A DNA stretch of 62,454 nucleotides from Candidatus Doudnabacteria bacterium (GTDB lineage Bacteria; Patescibacteriota; Doudnabacteria; UBA920), in NCBI GenBank assembly GCA_031291995.1, contig JARLHZ010000030.1:1-62454 (forward strand). The letters are read 5' to 3'. Both the position numbers and the translations under genes were made by a program. Positions 18,957-27,811 of this stretch are shown one piece after another (positions within the stretch are counted from its first letter, which is position 1; every line of letters begins with the position of its first letter). The notes under the pieces were generated by a model. That model had not been told where the DNA came from and did no database searches. It was given only the letters and a program-made list of their open reading frames with translations.

Positions 18957-20777
18957 ATGTGCGGAATTGTCGGTTACATCGGTAAAAAACAAGCGTTGCC
19001 AATCCTGCTGCAGGGATTGCGCGATTTGGAGTATCGCGGCTACGACAGCGCTGGGATCGCTGTTCTTGATAATGGAAAAATCGATAGAGTACGAGAAGTC
19101 GGCAAAGTGGATATGCTTGCCAAAAAAATCGGCCAAGTAAAAATTGCCGGTACTTTAGGTATTGCCCATACTCGCTGGGCTACGCACGGCGGCGTTACTG
19201 AGTTTAATGCCCATCCTCATATTGTCGGTAGCGGCAAGCTGGCTTTGGTCCATAACGGCATTATTGAAAACTATCGAGAAATAAAAAAACAATTAAAGAA
19301 CCAAAAGCAGGAATCGGAGACAGACTCTGAGATTCTGGGTCAATTAATTTTTGAAAACTACGAGGGCGATTTGGTCAAAGCGGTTAAAAAATCTTTGTTA
19401 AAAGTGCGCGGCACATACGGAATTGTTGTTATGCACGCCGATCATCCAAACCAATTGGTAGCGGCCCGTTTGGGTAGTCCGCTCGCCATTGGAATCGCGG
19501 AAGGGGAATATTACATTGCTTCCGACGTCACGCCGATGTTGCCGTTTACCAAGCAGGTGACGTTTTTGGATGATGGCGAGATTGCCAATATAAACGGTGA
19601 TGGGTTGAAAATCCAGAATATGAGGGACGAAATTATAAATAAAACCATTACACATATCGACTGGGACCAGCAGAAGGCGCAAAAGGGCGGCTTTGAAAAT
19701 TTTATGATCAAGGAAATTTTTGACCAGCCAACGGTGTTTGAAGATGCCATAAGGGGGCGGTTTAATATGGAAGAAGGTACGGCGGTTTTGGGCGGTTTGA
19801 ATATGACCTTGGAACAAATGAGGGATATTAAGCGCGTGATTTTTGTCGCGGAAGGAACGGCCAGGTATACGGGATTAATCGGCAAATATGCCTTTGAAAG
19901 ATTGGCGGATTTGCCCTGTGACGTGGATTTTTCTTCCGAATTCCGCTACCGTGATCCGGCGGTAAACAAACATACTTTGGTTTTTGTTATTTCCCAATCC
20001 GGCGAAACGGCCGACACGCTTATGGCCACCAGAGAGGCCAAAAGAAAAGGAGCCGTGGTGAGGGGAATTGTTAACGTCATTGGCTCAACCATAGCGCGCG
20101 AAACCAAAGCGGGTACCTATATTCACGCCGGTCCGGAATTATCGGTCGCTTCCACCAAGGCCTATACCAACATGGTCGCTGTTTTGCTTTTGTACGCCTT
20201 ACAGTTCGGCCGCATTAAGCACACCTCCTTGGCTACCGGCAAACGGCTGCTTCAGGCACTATTGGAAATTCCCGAAAAAATGAATGAGATTTTAAAACAG
20301 GATGCTGCTATAAAAAAAATAGCCGAAAGTTACAAGGATTATAAAAGTATTTTATATATCGGCCGCGGCGTAAATTATCCGGTAGCTCTGGAAGGCACAA
20401 TGAAATTAAAAGAAACTTCTTATATTCACGCGGAAGGATTTGCCGGCGGCGAGCTAAAGCACGGGCCGTTGGCACTGGTGAGCAAAGATGTCCCGGTCGT
20501 GGCTATTTTAAGCAAAGACCAGCTCTACGAAAAAATGAAATCCAGCATCCAAGAAGTCCGCGCCCGCGGCGCCAGGACATTGGTGATAGCCACGGTCGGC
20601 GACGAAGAAGCCAAGGAAGTGGCGGATGATATAATATACGTGCCAGACACCATGGAACTGCTCGAACCACTACTAAACACCATTCCGCTACAACTCTTTG
20701 CCTACCACATTGCTGTAGCCTTAGGCCGTGACGTCGACCGCCCGCGAAATTTAGCGAAAAGTGTTACGGTTGAATAA
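18957..20777 (+). CDS. glmS: Glutamine--fructose-6-phosphate aminotransferase
   Basis: MCGIVGYIG N-terminal nucleophile, two SIS domains and a C-terminal ...LAKSVTVE. Confidence 0.95.
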   Translation: MCGIVGYIGKKQALPILLQGLRDLEYRGYDSAGIAVLDNGKIDRVREVGKVDMLAKKIGQVKIAGTLGIAHTRWATHGGVTEFNAHPHIVGSGKLALVHNGIIENYREIKKQLKNQKQESETDSEILGQLIFENYEGDLVKAVKKSLLKVRGTYGIVVMHADHPNQLVAARLGSPLAIGIAEGEYYIASDVTPMLPFTKQVTFLDDGEIANINGDGLKIQNMRDEIINKTITHIDWDQQKAQKGGFENFMIKEIFDQPTVFEDAIRGRFNMEEGTAVLGGLNMTLEQMRDIKRVIFVAEGTARYTGLIGKYAFERLADLPCDVDFSSEFRYRDPAVNKHTLVFVISQSGETADTLMATREAKRKGAVVRGIVNVIGSTIARETKAGTYIHAGPELSVASTKAYTNMVAVLLLYALQFGRIKHTSLATGKRLLQALLEIPEKMNEILKQDAAIKKIAESYKDYKSILYIGRGVNYPVALEGTMKLKETSYIHAEGFAGGELKHGPLALVSKDVPVVAILSKDQLYEKMKSSIQEVRARGARTLVIATVGDEEAKEVADDIIYVPDTMELLEPLLNTIPLQLFAYHIAVALGRDVDRPRNLAKSVTVE

Positions 20778-20791
20778 TTAAAGTTTTACCA

Positions 20792-21439
20792 ATGAATGAC
20801 TTCAAAGGAATAGAAAAATTTGTTTCAGAAAAATCCTCTAAAAGAGTAGAGGCTGGCAGTATTCCTGAAGATGAACGGATGATTTATGCTAATGAGGCAA
20901 TTCATAGCGACTCATCGTTGAAAGATTATGAAAGATGGATGACAATAAACACGGACAGATTTGTTGGAAAGAAAATTTTGGATATTGGTGGTATGCCAAA
21001 CGGTAAATTTGCTAGAGCGGCCAAAACGAAAGGTATAGATTTGGTAACACTTAACCCTTCTATTTCGGAAATTGCAAAAGAAAGACCAATCAAGGGTAGA
21101 AATGTTATCGCGGGTTATGTACAAAACTTGCCATTTCAAGACGAGACCTTTGATTATGAAATTTCATATGGCGCAATACCTTCTCATTTGGCCCCAGTAG
21201 AGAAAGAATATTCCGATGCATTTAATGAAATTTTCAGAACATTAAAACCAGGCGGACAAGCTTATTTAGTACCTGTTTATGGGAGTGTGCTTAAAACCGA
21301 AGTTTTTCAAAAAATAAAAGAAGGTCTATTAAATAGAGGAGCCGAAATAATTTTAGATGATGTTGGATTTGTTCTTGATGAAAATAAGGCAAAAGTTAAA
21401 GTATTTAAAATGACTGTGAAAAAGAAAAGTAGAAGCTAA
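20792..21439 (+). CDS. Class I SAM-dependent methyltransferase
   Basis: ILDIGGMPNG, LPFQDETFDYEIS and LKPGGQAYL motifs. Confidence 0.55.
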   Translation: MNDFKGIEKFVSEKSSKRVEAGSIPEDERMIYANEAIHSDSSLKDYERWMTINTDRFVGKKILDIGGMPNGKFARAAKTKGIDLVTLNPSISEIAKERPIKGRNVIAGYVQNLPFQDETFDYEISYGAIPSHLAPVEKEYSDAFNEIFRTLKPGGQAYLVPVYGSVLKTEVFQKIKEGLLNRGAEIILDDVGFVLDENKAKVKVFKMTVKKKSRS

Positions 21440-21539
21440 CTTTTATAAAAGCTCTTTTTTTCGACCCCAATACCACTCGCTTTGGCATTCGTCGGACTGG
21501 GTGCGGGGCGAGTAAATCAAAAAATTAACTGGTAAATTT

Positions 21540-22703
21540 ATGAAGGCATTGGTATTTGATAAAAGTAAATATAATTGGGAATTTTCGCGCGGGTTTGAGC
21601 TCGTGGATGTACCAGAGCCGGTTTTGGGCGCGGGCGATGAAGACAAGATAATCATAAAAGTCTATTACGCGGGCGTGTGCGGGACGGACAAGGGAATTTG
21701 GAACCGCATGGCGTTTAAGGATGCAATTTTAAATTCCATAGAAGCTGATTTAGACGCTGGAAGAAAACGCCGTGATAACGCCTATAGAATCATCGGACAT
21801 GAGTTTTTTGGTGAGGTAAAAGCAGTTGGGTTGGCGGTTAAAGATATCAAGGTGGGTGATATGGTGGCGTGCGAATCCCATGTGGTGGACAATAAATGCT
21901 ACCAATGTTTGCATGGACAAAAAAATGTCTGTACCAATGAAAAGATTTTAGGTATTAGTGTAGACGGCGGCTTTGCGGAATATGCCAAAGTCCCGGCACA
22001 GGTGGCCTGGAAAACTGACGTCAACAAAATCCGTCCCCAAATTGCGGCTATGCAGGAGCCGTTTGGCAATGCGGTCCACGCGGCGTCCAAAGTTGATTTA
22101 AAAGATAAAACCGTGGCCATTTTTGGCCTTGGCCCGATTGCTCAGTTTTTGGTGTTAATTGCCAAAGGCTTAGGGGCCAAAACTATCATCGGCGTTGAGC
22201 CAAACGATCAGGCTATCGAAATGGGTAAGAAGCTTGGTGTGGATCACCTGATAAAATTAGATGTAGCGCAGGCCCCCGGCCTGCCCTATAAGCATAACCA
22301 GCAGATTATAGATCAAATACTAAAATTGACCAATGGGCTCGGCGTGGATGTAGCTTTTGAAATGGCCGGATTTAATGATTCGGTTAATAATGCAATTGCT
22401 TCTGTCCGGCGCGGCGGCGATGTCATACTGTTCGGGTTAAAAACAGGGGATTTTGTGTTTGAAGATTTTAATAAGCTGGTCATGAAAGGAATTACCATGC
22501 ACTGCGTGGCTGGTCGGCAGATTTGGGGAACCTGGGAAATTACTAAAAAGCTGATGGAAGACAAAAGCAATCAAGTTCAAGAAAAATTGTGGTCGGTGTT
22601 GTTGAATAGTGGGGCAGGCACTATTTTAAACATCGCGGATTATAGCAAGGAAAAGTTTGAGGAGATGATGAACGAGCACCCTAAGTTTTTAATAAAATTT
22701 TAA
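21540..22703 (+). CDS. tdh: L-threonine 3-dehydrogenase (Zn-dependent MDR family)
   Basis: GVCGTDKGIW, GHEFFGEV and QEPFGNAVHAA. Followed by kbl. Confidence 0.8.
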   Translation: MKALVFDKSKYNWEFSRGFELVDVPEPVLGAGDEDKIIIKVYYAGVCGTDKGIWNRMAFKDAILNSIEADLDAGRKRRDNAYRIIGHEFFGEVKAVGLAVKDIKVGDMVACESHVVDNKCYQCLHGQKNVCTNEKILGISVDGGFAEYAKVPAQVAWKTDVNKIRPQIAAMQEPFGNAVHAASKVDLKDKTVAIFGLGPIAQFLVLIAKGLGAKTIIGVEPNDQAIEMGKKLGVDHLIKLDVAQAPGLPYKHNQQIIDQILKLTNGLGVDVAFEMAGFNDSVNNAIASVRRGGDVILFGLKTGDFVFEDFNKLVMKGITMHCVAGRQIWGTWEITKKLMEDKSNQVQEKLWSVLLNSGAGTILNIADYSKEKFEEMMNEHPKFLIKF

Positions 22704-22707
22704 AAGC

Positions 22708-22812
22708 AATCCGGAACTGCGGAAACATCCGGAACTACGGAAAACTACAGAAGCAATTCCGTAGGTTCCGTAGCTTTCCGTAGTTCCGGATATAATCTGT
22801 AGTTCCGGATTG
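22708..22812. repeat. Word hairpin (same vocabulary as 18845-18937) between tdh and kbl
   Basis: aatccggaactgcggaaacatccggaactacggaaaactacagaag / ttccgtaggttccgtagctttccgtagttccggat...gtagttccggatt. Confidence 0.75.
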
Positions 22813-22821
22813 GAGAATATT

Positions 22822-24099
22822 ATGTACAAAAACTATAAACAACAATTTCAAGGCGAGCTTAAGGAAATTAAAGATGGCGGGATGTGGAAGGACGTAGGCG
22901 TGTTGGAAGGAAAGCAGGGAAGTGAAATATTGATCAAGAATGACAAGATTGACATGACTGACAAGAATGGGGGACAGAAACTCCTTAACTTTTGTGCCAA
23001 TAATTATCTTGGCCTGGCGTCATCGGAAGAACTCGCCAAGGCCGCTAAAGAAGGCGTGGACAAGTACGGGTTTGGCGAGGCGAGTGTGCGATTTATTGTT
23101 GGCACATCCACAATCCATAAAGATCTTGAAAAAGAAATCAGTAAATTTTTTGGCACCGAAGACGCGATTACCTACACGTCGTGCTTTGATGCCAACACCG
23201 GGCTGTTTGAGACCATCTTAAAAGAAGGGGATGCGATTTTTTCCGATGAGCTGAATCACGCATCCATAATCGACGGTATACGCTTATGCAAGGCTGAGCG
23301 CTTCCGTTTCAAGAATAGCGATATGTCAGATCTTGAGGACCAACTGAAAGAAGCGTCATTGAGGCCGGAAAACCCTCACCCCGGCCCTCTCCCAAAGGGA
23401 GAGGGGGTTGCGTATAAACCGCGCAGGATGTTAATTGCTACAGATGGTGTGTTCTCGATGGATGGGATTACAGCCAAAGTTTCAGAAATTTGCGACTTGG
23501 CGGAAAAGTACGGAGCCTTGGTTATGGTTGACGACAGCCATGCCAGCGGAGTCCTGGGTAAGACCGGCCGGGGGAGCGTGGAAGGACTAATGGACCGCGT
23601 TGATATTTTAACTTCAACTTTTGGCAAAGCTTTAGGCGGAGCCGGCGGCGGATTTACTGCCGGCCGAAAAGAAATTATTGATGTTTTGCATCAGCGCAGC
23701 CGTACGACCTTATTCAGTAACTCCTTGCCGCCGATGATTGCCAATGCGGCTTTGTTTGTGCTCCAGAATTACGATAAAAAGTTTAACCATAATCGCGAGC
23801 AATTAATCGAAAACACAAATTATTTCCGCTCGGCTATGGAAAAACTCGGCTTCCATCTCGGGGGAGACGGCAAGCATCCGATTACTCCGGTAATGCTTAT
23901 GGACGAAAAAATCGCCGTAGAAATGGCTGGAAAGTTATTTAAAGAAGGTGTTTATGTCCGCGGGTTTACTTATCCGGTGGTACCCAAAGGGAAAGCCCGC
24001 ATTCGGGTACAAATCTCAGCCGCGCACACTAATGAACATATGGATAAAACCGTCAGAGCCTTTGAACAAGTAGGAAAAGAAATGGCAATCATAAAATAA
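22822..24099 (+). CDS. kbl: Glycine C-acetyltransferase (2-amino-3-ketobutyrate CoA ligase)
   Basis: NNYLGLA, DELNHASIIDG, DDSHASG and TFGKALGG (PLP lysine). ATG at 22822 follows ccggattggag. Confidence 0.9.
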   Translation: MYKNYKQQFQGELKEIKDGGMWKDVGVLEGKQGSEILIKNDKIDMTDKNGGQKLLNFCANNYLGLASSEELAKAAKEGVDKYGFGEASVRFIVGTSTIHKDLEKEISKFFGTEDAITYTSCFDANTGLFETILKEGDAIFSDELNHASIIDGIRLCKAERFRFKNSDMSDLEDQLKEASLRPENPHPGPLPKGEGVAYKPRRMLIATDGVFSMDGITAKVSEICDLAEKYGALVMVDDSHASGVLGKTGRGSVEGLMDRVDILTSTFGKALGGAGGGFTAGRKEIIDVLHQRSRTTLFSNSLPPMIANAALFVLQNYDKKFNHNREQLIENTNYFRSAMEKLGFHLGGDGKHPITPVMLMDEKIAVEMAGKLFKEGVYVRGFTYPVVPKGKARIRVQISAAHTNEHMDKTVRAFEQVGKEMAIIK

Positions 24100-24114
24100 C
24101 GAATAAAAAACTTT

Positions 24115-24140
24115 AATAGTTTAGACTATTAAACTTTTTT
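24115..24140. promoter_or_regulatory. 26-bp box aatagtttagactattaaactttttt, copy 1, ending 5 nt before the ATG at 24146
   Basis: Exact repeat of 24673-24698. Contains the inverted repeat taatagt / actatta. Confidence 0.6.
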
Positions 24141-24145
24141 CCAAT

Positions 24146-24682
24146 ATGGCTAAATTTCCAAGAAAACCGAAAATGGATAAGTCCGAAATGCAAGAGATTA
24201 TAATTGACTTTTGCCAGGCTATTGCCGCAACCAAAAGCAGCCAAGAAGCCGCCCAGCTACTCACGGATTTATTAGGCAAGCAGGAGTTGGAAATGCTAGC
24301 TATGAGGTTGAGAATCGCGGAATTGTTGCTCGATGAACAGACTTACGAGCAAATCCGTAAAATATTAAAAGTTAGCCAAGCCACAATTGCCAGAGTCCAG
24401 ACCTGGCTTCAGACCTCAGGAGATGGTTACCGTTTGATCATTCAAAGAATCAAAGGGCGCAGCCAGAGCAGGTATGAAAACGAAAAGCCTTTTAAGCTTT
24501 CAGGAATAAAGAAAAAGTACCCATTATATTTCTGGCCGCAAATTGTATTGGAATATTGGGTAAAAAATTCTAGCCGGAAAGATAAAGAGCAAATGCAAAA
24601 ACTTTTAGCAAAGATTAATGATAAGCCTAAGATGTACAAAGAATTGGAAGGTATTTTAAGAACAAATAATTCAATAGTTTAG
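24146..24682 (+). CDS. YerC/YecD (TrpR-like) family DNA-binding protein with extra C-terminal region
   Basis: LLGKQELEMLAMRLRIAELLLDEQTYEQIRKILKVSQATIARVQTWL. Confidence 0.6.
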   Translation: MAKFPRKPKMDKSEMQEIIIDFCQAIAATKSSQEAAQLLTDLLGKQELEMLAMRLRIAELLLDEQTYEQIRKILKVSQATIARVQTWLQTSGDGYRLIIQRIKGRSQSRYENEKPFKLSGIKKKYPLYFWPQIVLEYWVKNSSRKDKEQMQKLLAKINDKPKMYKELEGILRTNNSIV

Positions 24683-24698
24683 ACTATTAAACTTTTTT
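24673..24698. promoter_or_regulatory. 26-bp box, copy 2, ending 4 nt before the ATG at 24703
   Basis: Exact repeat of 24115-24140. Confidence 0.6.
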
Positions 24699-24702
24699 CA
24701 TT

Positions 24703-25668
24703 ATGAAAAATATTGTAATCATCGGTGGAGGCACAGGGACGTTTACGCTTTTATCCGGGTTGAGAAAATTTCCATCAAATAATACCGTTATAGTTTCGTC
24801 CGCCGACGACGGAGGGTCTACCGGCATCCTCCGCAAAGAACTTGGCGTTATGCCCCCGGGCGATATTCGCCAGTGCCTGGTGGGTTTGTCTTATACTCAG
24901 GATGAAATGAAGGAACTGTTTAATTTTAGGTTCGACAAGGGTTCTTTGGCTGGCCACTCCGTAGGGAATATAATTTTGGCGGCTTTGGAAAAAATTGCCG
25001 GAACCGAGGAAGGCATTAATCTTGCCGCAAAAATGCTCAATGTCCGCGGCCAGGTTTTGCCGGTGTCTTTAATCCCGACCACTTTGTCGGCGACATTGCA
25101 AAACGGTAGAAAAATTGTAGGCGAGCATTATATTGACGACCAAGATTCTAAAGGCAAAGCCTCGCCGATAAAGTCCCTCAGTCTAACTGCTGCTAAAGTC
25201 AATCCTAAAGCACTCAAATCTTTGGAACAGGCCGATGTTATTGTCTTTGGACCGGGGGATTTGTTTACCAGCATTTTGCCCAATATTTTGATCAAAGATG
25301 TTTCCCCGACAATCAATAAATCCAAAGCCAAGAAAGTTTTAGTGGTTAACATTATGACGAAGTTTGGGCAGACCGATGGGTTTAAAGCTTCGGATTTTGT
25401 TCGAATTTTAGAAAAATATTTAGGGGGCAAAATTGACGCTGTCCTGGAAAATAGAAAAAAACCTTCCGCTGAAGTATTAAAAAAGTACGCCGCGGAAAAA
25501 GCCAAGTTTGTCGAGCCGGATCTGAAAAATTCCCAACGGTTGCAGGTTATTGCGGAAAATTTAATCTCCGATGAACTAATAAAAAAGGCATCCGGGGATA
25601 GTTTAAAACGCAGTATGCTTAGGCACGATGCGCAAAAATTAGCTAAATTAATTTGGGGGCTTGTTTAA
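24703..25668 (+). CDS. YvcK / CofD-like (UPF0052) gluconeogenesis-factor family protein
   Basis: IVIIGGGTGTFTLLSGL...SSADDGGSTGILR...PPGDIRQCL. Confidence 0.8.
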   Translation: MKNIVIIGGGTGTFTLLSGLRKFPSNNTVIVSSADDGGSTGILRKELGVMPPGDIRQCLVGLSYTQDEMKELFNFRFDKGSLAGHSVGNIILAALEKIAGTEEGINLAAKMLNVRGQVLPVSLIPTTLSATLQNGRKIVGEHYIDDQDSKGKASPIKSLSLTAAKVNPKALKSLEQADVIVFGPGDLFTSILPNILIKDVSPTINKSKAKKVLVVNIMTKFGQTDGFKASDFVRILEKYLGGKIDAVLENRKKPSAEVLKKYAAEKAKFVEPDLKNSQRLQVIAENLISDELIKKASGDSLKRSMLRHDAQKLAKLIWGLV

Positions 25669-25669
25669 T

Positions 25670-26032
25670 ATGGATATTACATCGGAAAGAATTGAAAAAG
25701 ACATTTACGGCATTAAAATTTCCGCTCTGGATGGCGGCAAGGTTGTCGGCTGGACACAGCTCTATATTATCCGCAACGAACGACACGACGAGCCCTATGC
25801 ATTTTTGGAAAATCTTTATATAGAGGAAGAATACAGGTCCCAAGGCCTTGGCACCCAACTGGTTCAGGCGGCTATCGGGGAAGCCAAAAAACTGGATTGC
25901 TATAAAATTATCGGCACCAGCCGGTCCTTTAAGGAAGGGGTGCATAAGTTTTATTTAAAGAACGGTTTTACCAACTGGGGTTACGAGTTCCGGATGGACT
26001 TAAAGGAATCAAAATCGAAACAGCAAGATTAA
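25670..26032 (+). CDS. GNAT family N-acetyltransferase
   Basis: LYIEEEYRSQGLGTQLVQAAIGEAKK acetyl-CoA binding motif. Confidence 0.7.
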   Translation: MDITSERIEKDIYGIKISALDGGKVVGWTQLYIIRNERHDEPYAFLENLYIEEEYRSQGLGTQLVQAAIGEAKKLDCYKIIGTSRSFKEGVHKFYLKNGFTNWGYEFRMDLKESKSKQQD

Positions 26033-26044
26033 TGTTTTGTGACT

Positions 26045-26131
26045 TGTAGTTAGCCCATTTATGGGCTGTTTAAAAAACAGCCGATAAATCCAACTTCGCT
26101 AAAGCTATATCGGACGAGTCGGCTAACTACA
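26045..26131. mobile_element. MITE-like palindromic element, family 2 (diverged copy), ending 7 nt before the ATG at 26138
   Basis: Perfect 11-bp TIR tgtagttagcc / ggctaactaca. Internal mini-palindromes are cccatttatggg and ccgataaat. Confidence 0.6.
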
Positions 26132-26137
26132 TTAAAA

Positions 26138-26893
26138 ATGCACATGCGCAATCAAATTGTCATCTTAGCCGCGGGCAAAGGCACCAGAATGGGAGGCAAT
26201 ATTCCCAAGGTTTTGGTCATGCTTAACAACAAGCCGTTAATTTTGTACGCCCTGGAGGAAATTGAAAAAATCAACCAGTTAGCCAAACCGGTGATTGTAG
26301 TGGGTTATGGTGCCGGTAAAGTCCAGCAGGTATTAGGTAATGACTACACTTATGTTTTTCAGGAAAAGCAGCTCGGGACCGCGAACGCCCTGCTCTCAGC
26401 AAAAAATAAAGTAAAGGCGGACAATATTCTGGTGCTTTATGGCGATATGCCGTTCATTAAAGCGCAGAGCCTGAAAAATTTAATTAAACTGCATTTTAAA
26501 AGCGGCGGCAAAATTACCATGCTCACGGTCGAGTCCCCGAATTTTAGAGGCTTATATTCATCGTTAGAACACTACGGACGGATTGTGCGCGACACCCGCC
26601 ACCAGGTGGCGGGCGTGGTGGAATTTAAAGATGCCAGTGCCGGGCAAAAAAAGATCCGCGAGGTAAACCCCGGAATATATATGTTCAACACAAAATGGCT
26701 GTGGGAAAATTTGGCAAAAATTGGCAACAAAAATAAACAGCAGGAATATTATTTAACCGACATAGTGGCGTTGGCCGTGAGCCAGGGGCTAAAAGTCCAA
26801 AGTTTAAAGACGGAGGCCAAAGAAGTGTTGGGAGTTAACAGCAGGGAAGACCTGGTAAATGCGGAAAAATTAATGCGGAACTACGGAAGTTAA
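26138..26893 (+). CDS. Sugar-phosphate nucleotidyltransferase (GlmU N-terminal-domain-like)
   Basis: ILAAGKGTRM...PKVL...QLGTANAL...YGDMP. No LbH acetyltransferase domain. Confidence 0.7.
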   Translation: MHMRNQIVILAAGKGTRMGGNIPKVLVMLNNKPLILYALEEIEKINQLAKPVIVVGYGAGKVQQVLGNDYTYVFQEKQLGTANALLSAKNKVKADNILVLYGDMPFIKAQSLKNLIKLHFKSGGKITMLTVESPNFRGLYSSLEHYGRIVRDTRHQVAGVVEFKDASAGQKKIREVNPGIYMFNTKWLWENLAKIGNKNKQQEYYLTDIVALAVSQGLKVQSLKTEAKEVLGVNSREDLVNAEKLMRNYGS

Positions 26894-26972
26894 TGCGGAA
26901 CTACGGAAAACTGCGGAATTTACAGAACTTCGGAACTAAAGTGTTCCGTAGATTCCGTAGTTTTCTGTAGTG
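26858..26972. repeat. Word hairpin (AATGCGGAACTACGG versus CCGTAGTT words) overlapping the 3' end of the nucleotidyltransferase gene
   Basis: aatgcggaa x3 and aactacgg x2, then gttccgtagattccgtagttttctgtagtg. The C-terminal residues MRNYGS are encoded by the words. Confidence 0.75.
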
Positions 26973-27048
26973 CCCCTTCCCAAATTTCCGTATTCCCCCC
27001 TGTGCATATCATACCCCTCACCCCCTTAAAAACAGGGGATTTTAATTA

Positions 27049-27088
27049 TTGACAATAAATAGTATGATGTTGTATGATACTATCATAC
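27049..27088 (+). promoter_or_regulatory. Promoter-like TTGACA-N18-TATGAT overlapping the palindromic box GTATGAT-act-ATCATAC (27072-27088)
   Basis: TTGACA at 27049-27054, TATGAT at 27073-27078, perfect 7-3-7 inverted repeat. Confidence 0.5.
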
Positions 27089-27258
27089 AAATTGATAATC
27101 CGCCTTCGCCGGGGCTTCCTCCTTCGCTACAAGCTATTGCGGACAGGTCGGCGGATGACCTGCAAAAAATAATTTGGTAGGTCAAGGCAGATGTGGGAGC
27201 CGTATAGCATAACTATACGACCCCGCCATCTGCCTTTTGAGTCCTGGGACAAACAAAG

Positions 27259-27489
27259 GTGGAAATAAAACCACAACGAGGAAATACATTGCGCACTTTT
27301 GAGTTTATGTTCACAACCGGGATCTGTTGGATGCCCGCTGAAGACAAATATCACGCTTTTGCATTAGGACATCTTTTGGCTGACGAAGATAACTCCTTTG
27401 GGAAATTCATCGGCGCCATAGAAAGAGGCGTCTATAGATCCAACCACGGTATGTTTGTGGCGAGAGAGATTGTCGAGGAATGCGCGTAG
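27259..27489 (+). CDS. Hypothetical small protein (60-76 aa), start uncertain
   Basis: This is the only sizeable + strand ORF in 27.0-27.9 kb. No clear SD and no recognised motif. Confidence 0.25.
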   Translation: MEIKPQRGNTLRTFEFMFTTGICWMPAEDKYHAFALGHLLADEDNSFGKFIGAIERGVYRSNHGMFVAREIVEECA

Positions 27490-27492
27490 CTC

Positions 27493-27572
27493 GGGCGGAC
27501 ACACACTGAAGAATGGAATTTATGAAGGAACTTCAAGTTCCGGATAAATTTTGTGCCTCAGTGTTGTCCGCC
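27493..27572. repeat. 80-nt nested hairpin
   Basis: gggcggacacacactgaag...aatttat..ggaact-tca-agttcc..ataaatt...ctcagtgttgtccgcc. Confidence 0.65.
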
Positions 27573-27729
27573 GCAACACCTAAATTGACATTTCTCTGTC
27601 ATCCCGAAATTTTTCAGGGCTGTGTAAAATATCCGGGAGCCAGTCTTGGTATTAATTTGACTTTTAATTTTTTAGTTCTTTAAAAAAGCTCGGTACCATT
27701 AGGCGGCAAGTTTCAGCAACAAAAACCTC

Positions 27730-27811
27730 GTGTCATTGCGAGGATTGCAGCCGACGAAGCAATCTTTGTTATTCTGGGAATAGATTGCTTCGGCTGCACT
27801 CGCAATGACAC
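27730..27811. mobile_element. MITE-like palindromic element, family 1 (gtgtcattgcgag ... ctcgcaatgacac), nested in a larger palindrome 27700-27840
   Basis: 13-bp TIR, internal agcaatct / agattgct. Outer arms are ggcggcaagtt..aacaaaaac and cttttgttttt..aacttgccgc. Confidence 0.7.

Noticed and set aside
21440-21539. A possible glycine or threonine riboswitch upstream of tdh-kbl
   Set aside because: There is only a single modest hairpin (cactcgc...gcgagt). None of the glycine-riboswitch conserved blocks are present.
27127-27354. The - strand 75-aa ORF, and the - strand ORF 27901..28236
   Set aside because: The first overlaps hairpins and a repeat-derived segment. The second is antisense to the aminotransferase start. 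Neither has an SD or a recognisable motif.
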